NCBI RefSeq assembly: GCF_006345805.1
Contig: NC_043001.1
Location: forward strand, 100,006,001-100,070,000
DNA: 64,000 bases
Direction: 5' to 3'
Origin: Octopus sinensis
Taxonomy: Eukaryota
The first letter of the stretch is position 1; every line of letters starts with the position of its first letter. The position numbers were made by a program, and so were the translations under genes. Shown here in pieces: positions 26,871 through 40,166 of this stretch. The notes under the pieces were generated by a model that saw only the letters and a list, made by a program, of their open reading frames with translations, was not told the origin of the DNA and ran no database searches.

Positions 26871-28129
26871 GGATAAACAAATTTTCATGCACTCTCTCAC
26901 AAAGACTCAATCAATGCAGAGCTCTCTCAGTTAGAGTAAATGATAATCGTTTTTTTACTATAATGGAGTTTAATATGAATATTTCTGTGTAGGTATACAA
27001 AACTCTGCCAGCACTTTCCTCTCATTACCTGTCGCACCTTCTGTCAGTAATTTGTACATCACAGCATCTCTGACTACCTTTTTGAAGGAGTGAAACAGAA
27101 GGTGTAAGAGAGAGAGATTTACTGATACACAAGAGTATCACTAAATCTCCTTGCTATGCTAATGTCTAATATTTTCCCCATATAATGCGATGTCAGTTTT
27201 AGTGTTCAAGAAGGGGGCTGTTATGTGGTTGTTCAACCCACTGGAAATAGTGACCAGCTCTCCTTCAAATCACAACTCCTGATCTTAAATAAAGGATATA
27301 TCAAACAATGTAGTTCCAGACGATGCTTAACACTGGAGTAGCTTTCATCATAGGCAGGTTTGAACCAAGTTTGCTTCAAGAAGCCTTCTACATAGTCACT
27401 TAACTGGCTGAAAGTAGCAGCCAATTTTTTCTGAAGTCACATCCCCATAGTTTTAGAAAGAAGGACACATTAAATGATGCAGTTATTGATCTACAAAAAT
27501 ATGATATATTACATTGCCAAGAAGGCAATGTTTCTCCTCATTACTAACGATCTCAAACAAAGTAGTTTTGATCAGCTAAAATCAAATGTAGCAAGGAAAA
27601 AGATAATGTGTCATTTTAATAAACTGTAAATAAATAACTTTTATTGCAGCTTTCTTTTCTTTCTTTCTTTTTTTTTCTTTTTGTTTATCTGTAAAGAGTC
27701 GTTTGTAAAGTTGTCACATGTACACTGGAATATAATAAATATTATTGATGTAAAGATGGAATAGCTTTTAAAGGAATTATATTTAGTGAATGACATTAGT
27801 GAACCAAGAACATTAAAATAGATTGCTTCCTTGGGAATTACAAAGTTCTTGTTTTGAAATGTATAATTTCAATAATCAACTTATTTTTAACACTATATCT
27901 AAGTGCTGAATATGAGTTGAGATTTGATCTTAAAGTAAGTGCAACCTGTTGATGTAAAATATATGCAACAAGAATTAAATGGTGTAACAAGAAAATTAAA
28001 TTATTAAAAAAAAAATTGCAGATCGTGAATTACTGGGAAACATTCCATTGAATATTAGGGATTATAAGCTAGATTAATTAAAACTTCCATTACTTATATA
28101 CCCCTTTGATAACGGAAAAAGAAGGACCT

Positions 28130-28310
28130 TAATAGGTCACTCACCCTGCAAGAAATAACACACAAACTCCCTCATAACCTGATACATTAAACATATGAAG
28201 AGGACCGTGAATAATGTAGCCCCAGATATAACATGCCCGAAAATTAGATAATCATCACTGGAAAGCCCCTAATCCTAGGCTGAGCCAGGGCTAAAGGATC
28301 AAACATTAAG
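28130..28310 (+). mobile_element. Family D SINE-like repeat
   Basis: ggtcactcaccctgcaagaaataac...gaataatgtagccccagata...ctggaaagcc...ggctgagccagggctaaa; similar to 27210-27400. Confidence 0.55.
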
Positions 28311-29269
28311 TCCATTGTAATATTTCATAATCTAACTTTCTAGTTTATATCAACTCTCTTGGAAAGATTGACCCCTTGGTAATACAAGAAGTGTTGCAGG
28401 TATCACTTGGCTTTTAATTATATTCACTCTGATGAAGATAATTAAGACTCACCTAAATGCTACATTATACAACTAACAAAAAAAAGTAGTCCAGACTCTG
28501 ATGAGGTTGTATGTAATATAATACACACACACGTGTGTGTGTGTGTGTTTGTATTGTATTTTGCTTAGAAGTAATGCATGGTACCAGAATTTTCGACTTT
28601 AAGTTAAATGTGGCAACCTACTCCAAATGCTTGTTCGAGTATCTGTGTAAAAGGATATTTTGGAAATTTATTAACTGAGGAAGGTCTTTCATAATGGAAC
28701 GTATTTCCTATAATATATTCCAAAGATCTGAAACTAATGCATTAAGTGCTTTCAAAATGTCCTGATTTGGTTCATCCTTACAGTTTAATCCTCATCATCA
28801 TTGTTGTTTAATGCTCGTTTCCCATGCTGGCATGGGTTGGATATTATACTCTCTGAAATGCTCAGTTAGCATGTCCACATGATTTGATGGAGGGAGGGAG
28901 ATAATGTATGGCACATACATTTGACCACCATAAATAAATCATTTGTGCAGGTCGTTTGGCAAAAGCTGAAAGCTCATACATCTTCAAGGGGAGAGTCCAT
29001 CATAAATACACACACACACATGAGGGGTTGCTGAAAGGTTCCTGGCTTTGCAGTAAAAGAAAATACAGTTTTCTTTTGCCCCCCAAATCAGTTAATTATG
29101 ATTTTATTCAACATTTTCTCCTCTCAGATTCGCACACTTATTGCAGCAGTCCCTCAGTTTTGCTAAGCCCTGTAATAGAACTCACAAGGTTGAACTTCCA
29201 ACCAGGACTTTCACAATACCCTTAAAGCCAAAACCTTTTCAGTACCTCTTACCTATGTATATGTACATA

Positions 29270-29301
<32 letters not shown>

Positions 29302-32300
29302 TGTATACACACATACATAAATATAAGTATACATATATATGTGTGTATCATCATCATCATCATCATGAACATCATCAGTTAACGTTCATATCCCATGCTG
29401 GCATTTTAATATTTATTTTCTTTTAAGTTGTAGGTAGGGCTCATTGGTAACCTGAGTAATAATATTTATAAGCATCCATGTAATAAGCCATAAATAATTA
29501 TTCCAGAACACCTACAACATGAATCATAGGAATTGAGATGCTAATGGGAGAATACCATAACTAGCAAAGTAGCAAAGCACTTCAAAACAGGGAAGAGAAA
29601 TTACTTGAACAAAGAAATGAATTAATAAGAATTTTGTTCAACATGTGGAAAAATTTTCTTTAAGAATGAAAACCCACCTAAACAATACATCCGGTATCAA
29701 CAGATTGGAACGGATTATTCATTTCTCTATTTTGATGTGAAATTGCTTTGTTTAGGACCTTAGGTAAATAATTTTCAGAAATAATTTTCTTGTTACAATA
29801 TTTTAAATCCTTGACTGATGGAGACAGCTTCAGCAGTGATTCTCTTCCGCTGCAGTTGATGTGCAGATTTTTGGTGTAACTAGTTCTTATAAGTTATGCA
29901 TAAATAATTCAAAATTACAGATTACTCCTTCAAACTTCCCTGTTCAGTGCTCACCAGCCCCTCAGCTCAACTGGCAATAAAGCCCTTTTCTCTGGCTGAT
30001 GGTGCTGCAGTGATGGTAGCAGTGATGTGAGCGTTGGTGTTTGGATAATTGATTGCTTTGCACTAAAACATGAATATTCACCAAGCATCACATTACCACA
30101 TTTATCAAAAGTTAATATTAATACCAAGAGAATGCATGTGTACAAGTGTGTGTGTGTGTGTGTGTGTGTGCCTCATACACATATAACGAATCTCATTTAT
30201 AAGTACTACAACAGATACACATTTCTTTATGTAATCATACTCTGACATTAACATATACACTCAAGTGTGATAAATGCAAATATTCTCTCTCACACACGCA
30301 CACAAATATACATGCACATATATTTGCATACAGTTACTCACTCCCTATTCACAAACGCTAAAAAAAATACCTCTCAACTCAGTGGGGACCCTCTCATAAT
30401 ATCTGGAAATTAAAATTACCAGTACTTAAATGAACATTTTCCTGGAATCAGCATTATTAAGTGCTAGACACATTTATCGGCTATATAATTATTTCTAAGA
30501 ACTTTTTCATTTAATAAACATAATACAGGCAATAATTTAAATTTGCAAACAGGGATTAAATAAAAATGTTGGTAGCAGTAATGAAAATACAAAATTTCAA
30601 CAACATATCGTGAATATTTTTCTTTTTGTTTTGAAAACATTCTCTGAGTCAAGAAAAAAGGTTAAGAAATACATGTTTCAAATATTTTGGATTCATAAAA
30701 AATGATATTGATAAATAGAAAGCTTTCAATTTACAACAAAATATATGTAAACACCTCACTATATGACACATACAGACACATGTTAGACAGTGACACACCA
30801 ACATGCACACTCACGCACACACGTGTGCAAATGTTGTCAAATATAAATGATTAAACAGTCGGACTTTTGGGGAAATATGCAGTAAAACATTGTGTTTTAT
30901 CACATTTCAAGTTATGAACTAAATGGAAATATTTCTAAATGAGACACCAAGGAACATTGAACATTCATTTGCAAAAGTACAGTATTTCAAGAGTAATTGA
31001 GAGATAAATCTTTCCATTTAACAAAAGTTAATGATAAATAATGTGTTGGTGTGTGACTCATACATACAATAAATCCCATCTGTAAATACTCCAACAGATA
31101 TTGAGTATGTAAGATATTTTTCTGCCACTTGGTTTCCTGGTAATTGTAATAATTTACAATAAACATTGACTGAATGGTGATATCAATTGAATATTGACTT
31201 TCAACTAACAACAAAAATAATAACAACAGATTTCAGAAAGTTGAAAGTCTTGTCAATCAGCCTTGATGTATCATTAATATATCGCTATTTGATATATTTG
31301 GTTCTTCCTTAAAGAGAAGATTCAATGGTAGGCTTCAGAGGGATAAGTTAGATGCTAGACTACAACGCTGCACTACAATGGCTACTGAAATAATAACAAT
31401 AAAGGTGGTACCTTATATTAGTCCACAAAGTCATACATATTTAGAAGAGAACTATAACCAGTTCAACTAACAACTGTATGTGGTATATTACTGGTACTTT
31501 ATCCCCAGCAGGGTTTAAAATGAATCTGTAGAAGACAGAAGTATAAACCGTAGAAAATTTACTCTGGTACATATCATTTGTGAATGGTTTCTAACAGAGG
31601 TACAAGGTCATGCATTTAGAGGAGGAATGCTTGATAAAACTGACGCTAGTCCTTGACTGGTACTCATTGCAGTAAGCTTATGAAGGGTCATAACTAAATA
31701 CCCCAAGATATTTTGTCTGCTACTCTAAAATTTCATGTATTCCAGACAAACAATACTTGATTGTTTGAAGTTGTGGAGAAGAGTAAATAAGAGATTGTAG
31801 TATTAAATAAATTATTAGTGAAGACACCTAACTCGGTTAGTTTATAACTTCGTTAACATAAAAGAATGTCTGCGATAAGATCCAAACTAACAATCCATGA
31901 GTTACACGCCTGACGATATTTACTGATAATAACATTAATAATCTTCAATATTGGGTCATTAAATATTTCATTCCAATATGGAGTTCTGTAACTCAAACCT
32001 AACTGTTGGAACTTATATACATATATCATCATAAGTCTATACCGTTACTTGTCATAAGGTAAAAGAAACTAAGATTATGGCTCAATTTTCATGAGACATT
32101 GTGTAATTGAGAGAAAAGTCTTTTTTGAAGATCTCTATGCACACATCACTTACTTTATTGCTATTATTTAGGCCCAGGTAAGCTTTGATCGAGGAAACCA
32201 GTCAGTAGAGGCATTCAGGCAAGGCATTCCTGTCATGAACAGCTTGTCTTTTCGTTTTAAGAAATAATATACTTAGCATAATGTATCTAAACAATGTGTC

Positions 32301-34354
32301 CTTCATTTTAAAGACAACATAACTTCAGATTTGGTTTCCCTTTCTAGCAAGTTGTTTCAGCTGCAGAGACATTCTTTATTGGTTTGCAAATATTGATGGA
32401 AGCTTAAAGCTGCTGACTTCCTAGACCAACCAAACAGGAAATGAGTGTCCAGTGTGGCAGACAGCACTATTGTACCATTGTCTCCGATGTAATATCACTT
32501 TACGATTATAAAGTAGAATTGATATCCATTACTTAAGTAAATATCCAGCAGAAAGAGGTCAGCTAAAACATTTAGAATTTAGACTTCTCTCTAAAGATAC
32601 AAACCTCCATGAAAGAATCAATAACTGGTGCCAATAAATATCCTACCAAACTAAACAATATTAAATACTAAACATCCTCTTGCAATAAAAGAAAACAACA
32701 CAGCAACAGCCACGAGGGAACCAAGCAGCCATTTGCAATCTCAACAATGACCCAGATATTTATCAGTGAATCAAAAATGCCCAATGTCCTCCTACCACCA
32801 AACCAAACCAAAATACTTGGTAACATTCTGCAATAGCATCCACACACAATGAACCAAGTGCCACATGTAGTAAGTGTAAAAACAGAGCTGCAGATTCAAA
32901 AAGGACTTCAAAAACAATCTTCTTTTTATAAATTTGATGATTTGCATCAGCAAAGTTCTTGCTTACAGCATAGAAATTTCCATTTTCTTATTGATGAGCT
33001 GGGTTTCATGTACAACATATCTACAGTGAAAAAATGAAGAAAGTTGATGGAGGGTGTGAGTTCTGGGCACATCATACTGCATCAAGCTTCCTCGTTCTTT
33101 CCCTGTACAAGCACCATTTTGAAAAAATTACCCATGTCTAGACTGCAGTTGAGACAGATTGAGTGTATATTAACAGACCGGATTTCTTCAACATCTTCAC
33201 CTTGGGATCCCAGTAGTTATGGCGTTGTTCTCCATGCAATGCAGCATACAAAAATGAAATCTTTTCTCTACTGACACTTGAATAGAAAAATTTATGTGGA
33301 TTGGACTTGATAGGACTTCAGCATTTACAGAATTATTATTCCATATGAGTGACAGAGCATGAACACGATAATTTCACTCAACTCTACCGAATTTCAAACT
33401 ATTCTGACGTGTGCTGTTCGATTTCCTGTCCTCATTTTCTCTTCATTCACAACTAACTTCTTCGAGTCCCTTTCCTTAGGGTTTCCTTTCCTTCCACATT
33501 GTTCAATTTGCTTTGTCATTTAAGTGTATATTCATCAAGAGAAATCAGCTGAAGAAGTCACGTGATATGAAACCAACAAAATGCATGGCCAAGCAACAGA
33601 ATTTGGCCGTGCATGGCTGCACATTTTTCAAAGTAACAAAATAAACAGTCACACGAAAGTAAGCAAACAGAACACATGCTATATCAATATGAAACATAAT
33701 AATAAAAACAAGGTCATGTGACACCGTATAAAGTAAATCATTGGAAAATATAGTGTTGTGAAAATAAGTCAGATGATTGTATGTGTCTTGATATTTGTAA
33801 ATTTTTGATGTTTTTCAGTTGTGTAATAATTGAGGATTTTAGTGACTATAAGCTTTATCATATTTTCATATGACAAAGAAAAAAGGGTGCTTTTAAATAT
33901 ATCTCTCTGAGAAATATTTCTTCTAACTTGATCTTTAAGCTAAAAATATAACAGAGGGTGGAAATCAATTTCGAAGTAAGTCTTTAGCCAATGTTTAAAA
34001 CTATCGTCTGTAATATTAATATACAACATACAAGCATGTCTACAAAACACCAAACAAACACACCTCCCTGCAAATATGATGAGATAAACAGTAGCATGGA
34101 GGAAGAGAATTATCGTTTTCTTGCTAATAGTTACAGGACAGGAATACTTTTTTTATCAGGAAATCAAGGAAATTAACATATTTCATTCAAATCACCTTAT
34201 ATATATATATTTTTTAAACACTTTCTCTATTTGTGAATGAACCTCTCTCTCTCCCTCTCTCTCTCTCTCTATATATATATATATTATACATATATTATAC
34301 ATATATATCTATATTATGCATATAAAAGAACTATATTTATATATACTTTATATA

Positions 34355-34790
34355 TCATCATCATCGTTTAACGTCTGCTTTCCATGCTAGCATGGGTTGG
34401 ACAGTTTGACTGGGGTCTGGCAAACCAGATGGCTGCACCAGGCTCCAATCTGATCTGGCAGAGTTTCTACAGAAGGATGCCCTTCCTCACGCCAACCACC
34501 CCGAGAGGGTAGTGGGTGCTTTTACGTACCACCGGCCCGAGGGCCAGTCAGGCAGTACTGGCAACGGACACGCTCAAATGGTGTTTTTTATGTGCCACCT
34601 GCACAGGAGCCAATCCAGTGGCACAGGCAACGACCACGCTCAAAAGTGCCATAAAGGCAACACTGGTAACGATCATGCTTGAATGGTGCTTTTTACATGT
34701 CACCAGCACGGGAGCCAGTCAGCAGCTCTGGCAACGATCACGCTTAGATGGTGCTCTTAGTGCTCCACTAGCATGGTATGCCAGTCATCG
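34355..34790 (-). mobile_element. RTE-tailed element (family C) with internal ~60-75 bp tandem repeats
   Basis: Well-preserved (cat)n-gtttaacgtctgctttccatgctagcatgggttgg end; repeated ggtgcttt..acgtgccacc.gcac.ggagccagtc...tggcaacgatcacgct units at 34513-34790. Confidence 0.85.
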
Positions 34791-35139
34791 AATTTGCATT
34801 TTTATGCTCACTTTCTATGCTGGCATGGGTTGGGCACACACACTCTCTCTCTCTCTCTATATATATATTTATATATTACAACTACACACTCATACATGTC
34901 ATCACATGTCATTACTAACAAATGAACATCACATGTTCATTAGTCATCGTATGTCATTCAATAATCAACAAACACACACACACACACAGAGAAAAACCCT
35001 CTTGTTTAGTTGTAACCAGCCAAGATTATAATGAACGTTTCTCAAGTAGGTTTCTGCTAGTCTTTTACCTGTTACTATGACAGCAATACAATTCCACTGA
35101 AAATTAAGGTATTTAAATAAATTTTTGATTTTGATTTTT

Positions 35140-35330
35140 CAAAGCTTAGTGCTTATTCTATTCGTTTCTTTTGCTGAACTGCTAAGTTACGAGGATGTAA
35201 AAACAGTGCAACACTGGTTGTCAAGCAGTTGTGGGGGACAAATGCAGAGACAAAAACAACCCACCCCCCATATCTACAATGGGTTCCTTTCAGTTGCTGT
35301 CTATTAAATCCACTCACAACTTCTTTGTGT
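35140..35330 (-). mobile_element. SINE family A, internal part
   Basis: ctaagttacgaggatgtaaaa...ggttgtcaagcag...tttcagttgctgtctattaaatccactcacaa. Confidence 0.7.
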
Positions 35331-36444
35331 AAAAAGCAAAACATAGCCATACTGAGTGAGCGTTCTGCTTAATGTCTGACTGACTTTATATATAATAATG
35401 CAAACATTAATATGAAGGTGAATGCATGTGTATGCATCCCTATGTGTGTGTATGTGTATACATACATACATGTATGTATGTACATATATGTGTGGAAAGA
35501 AATCAAGTATCTGATGTCATGGCCAGAGAAAAAAAAAAAGAAAACAAACATTTCAAATTTTGTTTGTTCATAACATTTCTCCATCTGTCGCAGATTGTGT
35601 GTGTATGTGGATGTTCTTCTTATTGAGAGAGAGGAAGACAGCTAGAGATGGATGCAGATCTCTATGTGTGATGTGTGCATATAGCCATGGTCATTAGGAT
35701 GTTTATTTTCTCTTGGAAATAACACAGAAATTGATTTGAATATAAGAAAAAGTTTACGATGAAACTTTTTAGAAAAGAGAGAAAGTAAGATAAAATAAAG
35801 AAAAGTGTTTTAATAAAATCATTTCATAAGTGAAATATTAAAATATTAGAATTGTTTAATTACAAATCTAATTCAAAATTATATTTTGTGAAGTATCATA
35901 CATGAAAAAAAGATAAAAGTTGTAATTTTAATAAAATGATATTACTTATAAAGAATTGCAAAGTAGTACAAGAGAACATAGTTTTTTTAATTTTGGTTTT
36001 CGAAAACTTCTTTGAAACAAAGAGGCATGTCTAGCAAGGTTGATAGATATTCTCATAACTTTGGGAATAAAAATCAAAAAGATTTCGTTATGAATTATTT
36101 AACTTTAAAAATTACAAAGTTTAAAGTTTTCTGACTGCAATCATCATGTTTATTATGTTTAACTTCCGTTACTCCTGTGCTATTGACTTCATTTTAGTTA
36201 TCACCGTGACTCAAAACTTCTCCAAGACTACAATGGTCAGGTGAAGTGCTAACATTAAGCAAAAGTCTTTAGTCGTTTTAGTTTTTCTTTTAAAGCCTTT
36301 TTTTTTCAGTTTAATAAGGCAGAATTTAACAGTTGGCATTAAAGTTTCTTCATCTGGAGTTGTAAATGTAGGTTCATGAAATAAATCAGATGAAGAGGAA
36401 AAAGAAATGCGAAGTAAAATGTGTTTTGGAATTAAATGTTTTAA

Positions 36445-36660
36445 CCCTTTAGCGTTCAGATTATTCTATCAAATTATTCTATTGATTCCCATTGATTTGA
36501 ATTAATCATGCATTATCTCATATCTTCAAGATCTTGATGGTGTAATTATTTAATGTAGAATAACATTGTAGGGTAGGTGTGAGAGCCTGGATCTGGTCAG
36601 TTTGAACATAAAACAGATTAGCTATTTTGGCCGGATATGGCTGGTTTAAATACTAAAGGG
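36445..36660. mobile_element. piggyBac-type MITE (216 bp), second family
   Basis: TTAA at 36441-44 and 36661-64; TIRs CCCTTTAGCGTT / AAATACTAAAGGG. Confidence 0.85.
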
Positions 36661-36914
36661 TTAAATACCAGAAAATAATTAACAAAAGTACGATTCAGAT
36701 TTATGTCAATGAATTGACACAAAATAAATAAATTTCAATGAATATCTTACAAAACACTTGAAGAATATCAAATTGCATGAATGATAATTCCTTAAACACA
36801 CACACAGATTAAATAGATTCTCTGGTGATCAAAATATTCCAGCTGTTTGATCAATAGAACTTCAACCTCATTGACTTATCATGTAAGTGACCAAGTATTC
36901 CACAGAAGTTTGCA

Positions 36915-37400
36915 TCATCATCATCATCATCATCATTACCATCATTTAACATCTGTTTTCCATGTTGATGCGGGTTGGATGGTTTGATTGGAGCTGGCCA
37001 GCCAGAGAGCTACCCAGGCTCAAACTGTCTGTTTTGGCATGGTTCCTACGGTTGGATGTCCTTCCTAACACCAATCACTTTACAGAGTGCACTGGGTGCT
37101 TTTTACACAACACCAGCACAAGGGATGTTCAGCTGGGGAGGGATGCAGGAGAGAAGCCTGTATTGAAAGGACAACCATGCTTTTACTTAGCTGGGTGTGT
37201 CTTCTCAGGTTCAGCAAACTGCCAGAGTCTCAGTCCTGTCATCCTCTCAGTGAATACCAACATCTGTAGACCTTTCTCACCCTAATTTTGTCCCATATCT
37301 TCCTGGGTTTACCCCTTCCACATGTCCCCTTTACAATTTGAGATTGGCACCCCTTGATACAACTGTCTTCATTCATACAACATAATCCTCGAGCAGGCTG
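36915..37400 (-). mobile_element. RTE LINE 3' end (C-terminal remnant, UTR and (GAT)n tail)
   Basis: (cat)n tail, ttccatgttgatgcgggttgg, ggatgtccttcctaacaccaatcact; upstream cttccacatgtcccctt...caactgtcttcattcatac is the reverse complement of the RTE C-terminal coding region. Confidence 0.75.
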
Positions 37401-38059
37401 TGTAACAAGACTGGCTATACAAACTAATATTCACCTTTAGCTTTTGATTTCATTGTAAATCTCAATGATGACCACATATTTGTCAAAGATCTGATAATTC
37501 TATCATTTAATAGCCCCCACCCCACTCGCCTCTCCTCAACAGGATTATCCTTAAATATAATAATTTTCCTTTCCATTATTTCTTACAATACATAAAATCC
37601 AAGAAAACTGTATAACAAATATCAGCACTGACTTTTGGTTGAGAATTCCTGTACACAGATGATTTAGTCTCCTGTATAGAATATTAAGAACTCTTATCCG
37701 CACTGACTTAGTTCTCATAATCAAATTAGTTAAATGTGAAGCAGGATTGAGAGGTCTAACAAGCAGACCTAGCAAAAACAAACATTTCAGTTGACCATAT
37801 GGGAACTGGTCATGGTTAATATGCTTTGTAGTGCAGCCTATAGTTGCACAAAAGGTGAAATGGACTCCCAGACTGGACACTAGAAAAAAAGGGTATCATA
37901 TACAAAAAAATGTACTGGAGTAGCTGTGAAAGAACTCCAGAAATTAAGTCTTACATTAAAAATAGTTAACAATTTATAATGAATGTGATCTAACAAGTAG
38001 TTGAACATGTGACAGGAAGTATATAAATGGAAAAAGTTCAGAGAATCCCTACTTTTGAT

Positions 38060-38460
38060 GGTTATAAAAATCTCTGTTTAAATGAAATAGAAATGGTGTA
38101 ATACTTCTGTACAAAGTACAATGTCACACGATAGAAAAAGCATAGGTGTGAATGCAGAGAATGTGTAAAGGCTGGAAAGTTATGAACCAAACATTCTTTG
38201 ATGGATGTGTAACATCAGTGTGCACATATGACAAAGCACAGATGAGATGAGAGACAAAAATGGGTATAGGAAATGAAGCTGTAGTGTGCAAGAGATAAGC
38301 TTTGTTGGCACAGCTATGAGATATGTATGAAGTGTTTTACAATGCAAGTGAGAAGAAAAGAGTGGAGTGTATATATGGTGAGGACTAGAGGAAAAGATTG
38401 ATGTGTCTACATGGTGAGGACTGACTTCAGGATGTAAAACGTAATGTAGTAAGAGTTGAC
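38060..38460 (+). mobile_element. Highly decayed RTE LINE C-terminal fragment
   Basis: Nucleotide similarity to 26200-26480 (aggctggaaag..atgaa...ggatgtgt.a..tcagtgtgc). Confidence 0.6.
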
Positions 38461-40109
38461 AAAGTGTTGCAGCAATTGGTAAGATGCTGTGCTGGAGTAA
38501 ATTTGTCTAATTCCACCAACATTCTAAAACAAGCCTGGTGATATTGTCATAGGATGTGTTATATAAAGTTGTACACAGCAGTATCCTGTACAGATGGACA
38601 ATCTTGTCACTCAGAACAGAGAATAACATTTGGCTAAACAAATTTCCTAAATGATAGCTACATTTTTGGGCTTTTTTTTTTGTTAAGATTCTGTAAGTAT
38701 GAAGAAAGTAATCAGTTAAGAAATGAACAGAACAACAGAATGTAGCAGTGGCCAAACAACAAGCAACCGATTCCTTCATTCACAGAAACATGTTAAATGG
38801 GTTAATGAAAGATATTTTTTGTACAGATAGTGATGTTGTTACAACAATTTCAAAACTTTAAAGTTCGGTCACTGACCATGTTGTCTAGAATAAAATAATT
38901 GATTTTATAAAATAGTAATAGGAAGTGATAGTGTAAAGTATAAAGCGAAGCACTTTGGTCCATTTCTGTGTAGTGTATGAAATAGTATGGAAGAAGTTGA
39001 TAATAAGTTATGGTTCAGTTAAGTAGATAGAAACTATCAATGTTTTGATTAATTTTCTTGACCTTAAACATTTATTTAAACTTGGTTTCAGAGAGATATA
39101 ATTATAAACCTTTCCCTTTTTCTCTACAGAAAAAAAAAAGAAAAGAAAAATAACAGAAATTTCAAATAATCAGAAGTGTATTGCAAGAATTAATTGGTTT
39201 GATAGAGATCAAATTTTCAGCACCTTTTGAAAGGTCAAATATTTATAATCAAACACAAAGCTAATGTTGTTAGCACATAAACAGGTCAGACAGGAAACCA
39301 AGGGAAAAAAATGTATTTTATTTTCCTCACATATTGAGCAACAGAGATTCTCTTGTACATGGCTGGTTTATTTAACATTTAATAAAAACACAGTACTACA
39401 CATTACAAATATTAAAGAAAAAAATACTCAGGTGTGTAAGAAAATAAGTAAATCAATTTACAATCCTGTAAATTGCATTTTTTACTTGAAACATTCTCGG
39501 TCAAAATTCAAAGCTTTAATTGGCAAATTTGACACAGAAAGGTAACTAGCTAGAGACCTCTACATTTAATGATGGAAATCCTGGATTGGAAAATACTATA
39601 ATAAGAAACAAGCTTTCCTTCAGTTTTGTAAATAAATAATAATTATTTCTATTTTAGTGACAAGGTCAGCAAATTTGGGGTGGGGTGGACGGTCAGTCAG
39701 TTTCTCAGACTCTAGACTGACATTTTGTTTTCATTGGAAAAATGAAAGGCAAAGGTGACTGTAGAGAAATTTGAACTCAAAACATAACGAACCAAAACAA
39801 ATACCGCAGTCACATTTTTCTGATGCTTAATGATTCTGCAGGCTTGCAATAATGATGATGATGAAAATTACAAGAATAATAACATGAATAATGATTTTTA
39901 CCACAATGATTCCATAGACTGCAGCACTCAACTGGTGGACTAATTTCATTGACCCCAAAAGGACGAAAGGTAAAGACAAGCTTTGTGGAATTTGAATTTA
40001 ATACATAAAGATGGATGAAATAGTGCATTTTGCTTGGTGTGCTAATAATTTGGTAAGCTGACCAGCTTCATAATGATAATATGGATTTTGTAAAACTATG
40101 TATTACACG

Positions 40110-40166
<57 letters not shown>

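Noticed and set aside
31895-31995. Three-helix arrangement with CTGACGA (GAGTTACA/TGTAACTC, TATTTA/TAAATA, ATTCCA/TGGAGT)
   Set aside because: The position that must be GAA reads TTTC on that strand, so it is not a hammerhead; probably chance pairing in AT-rich DNA.
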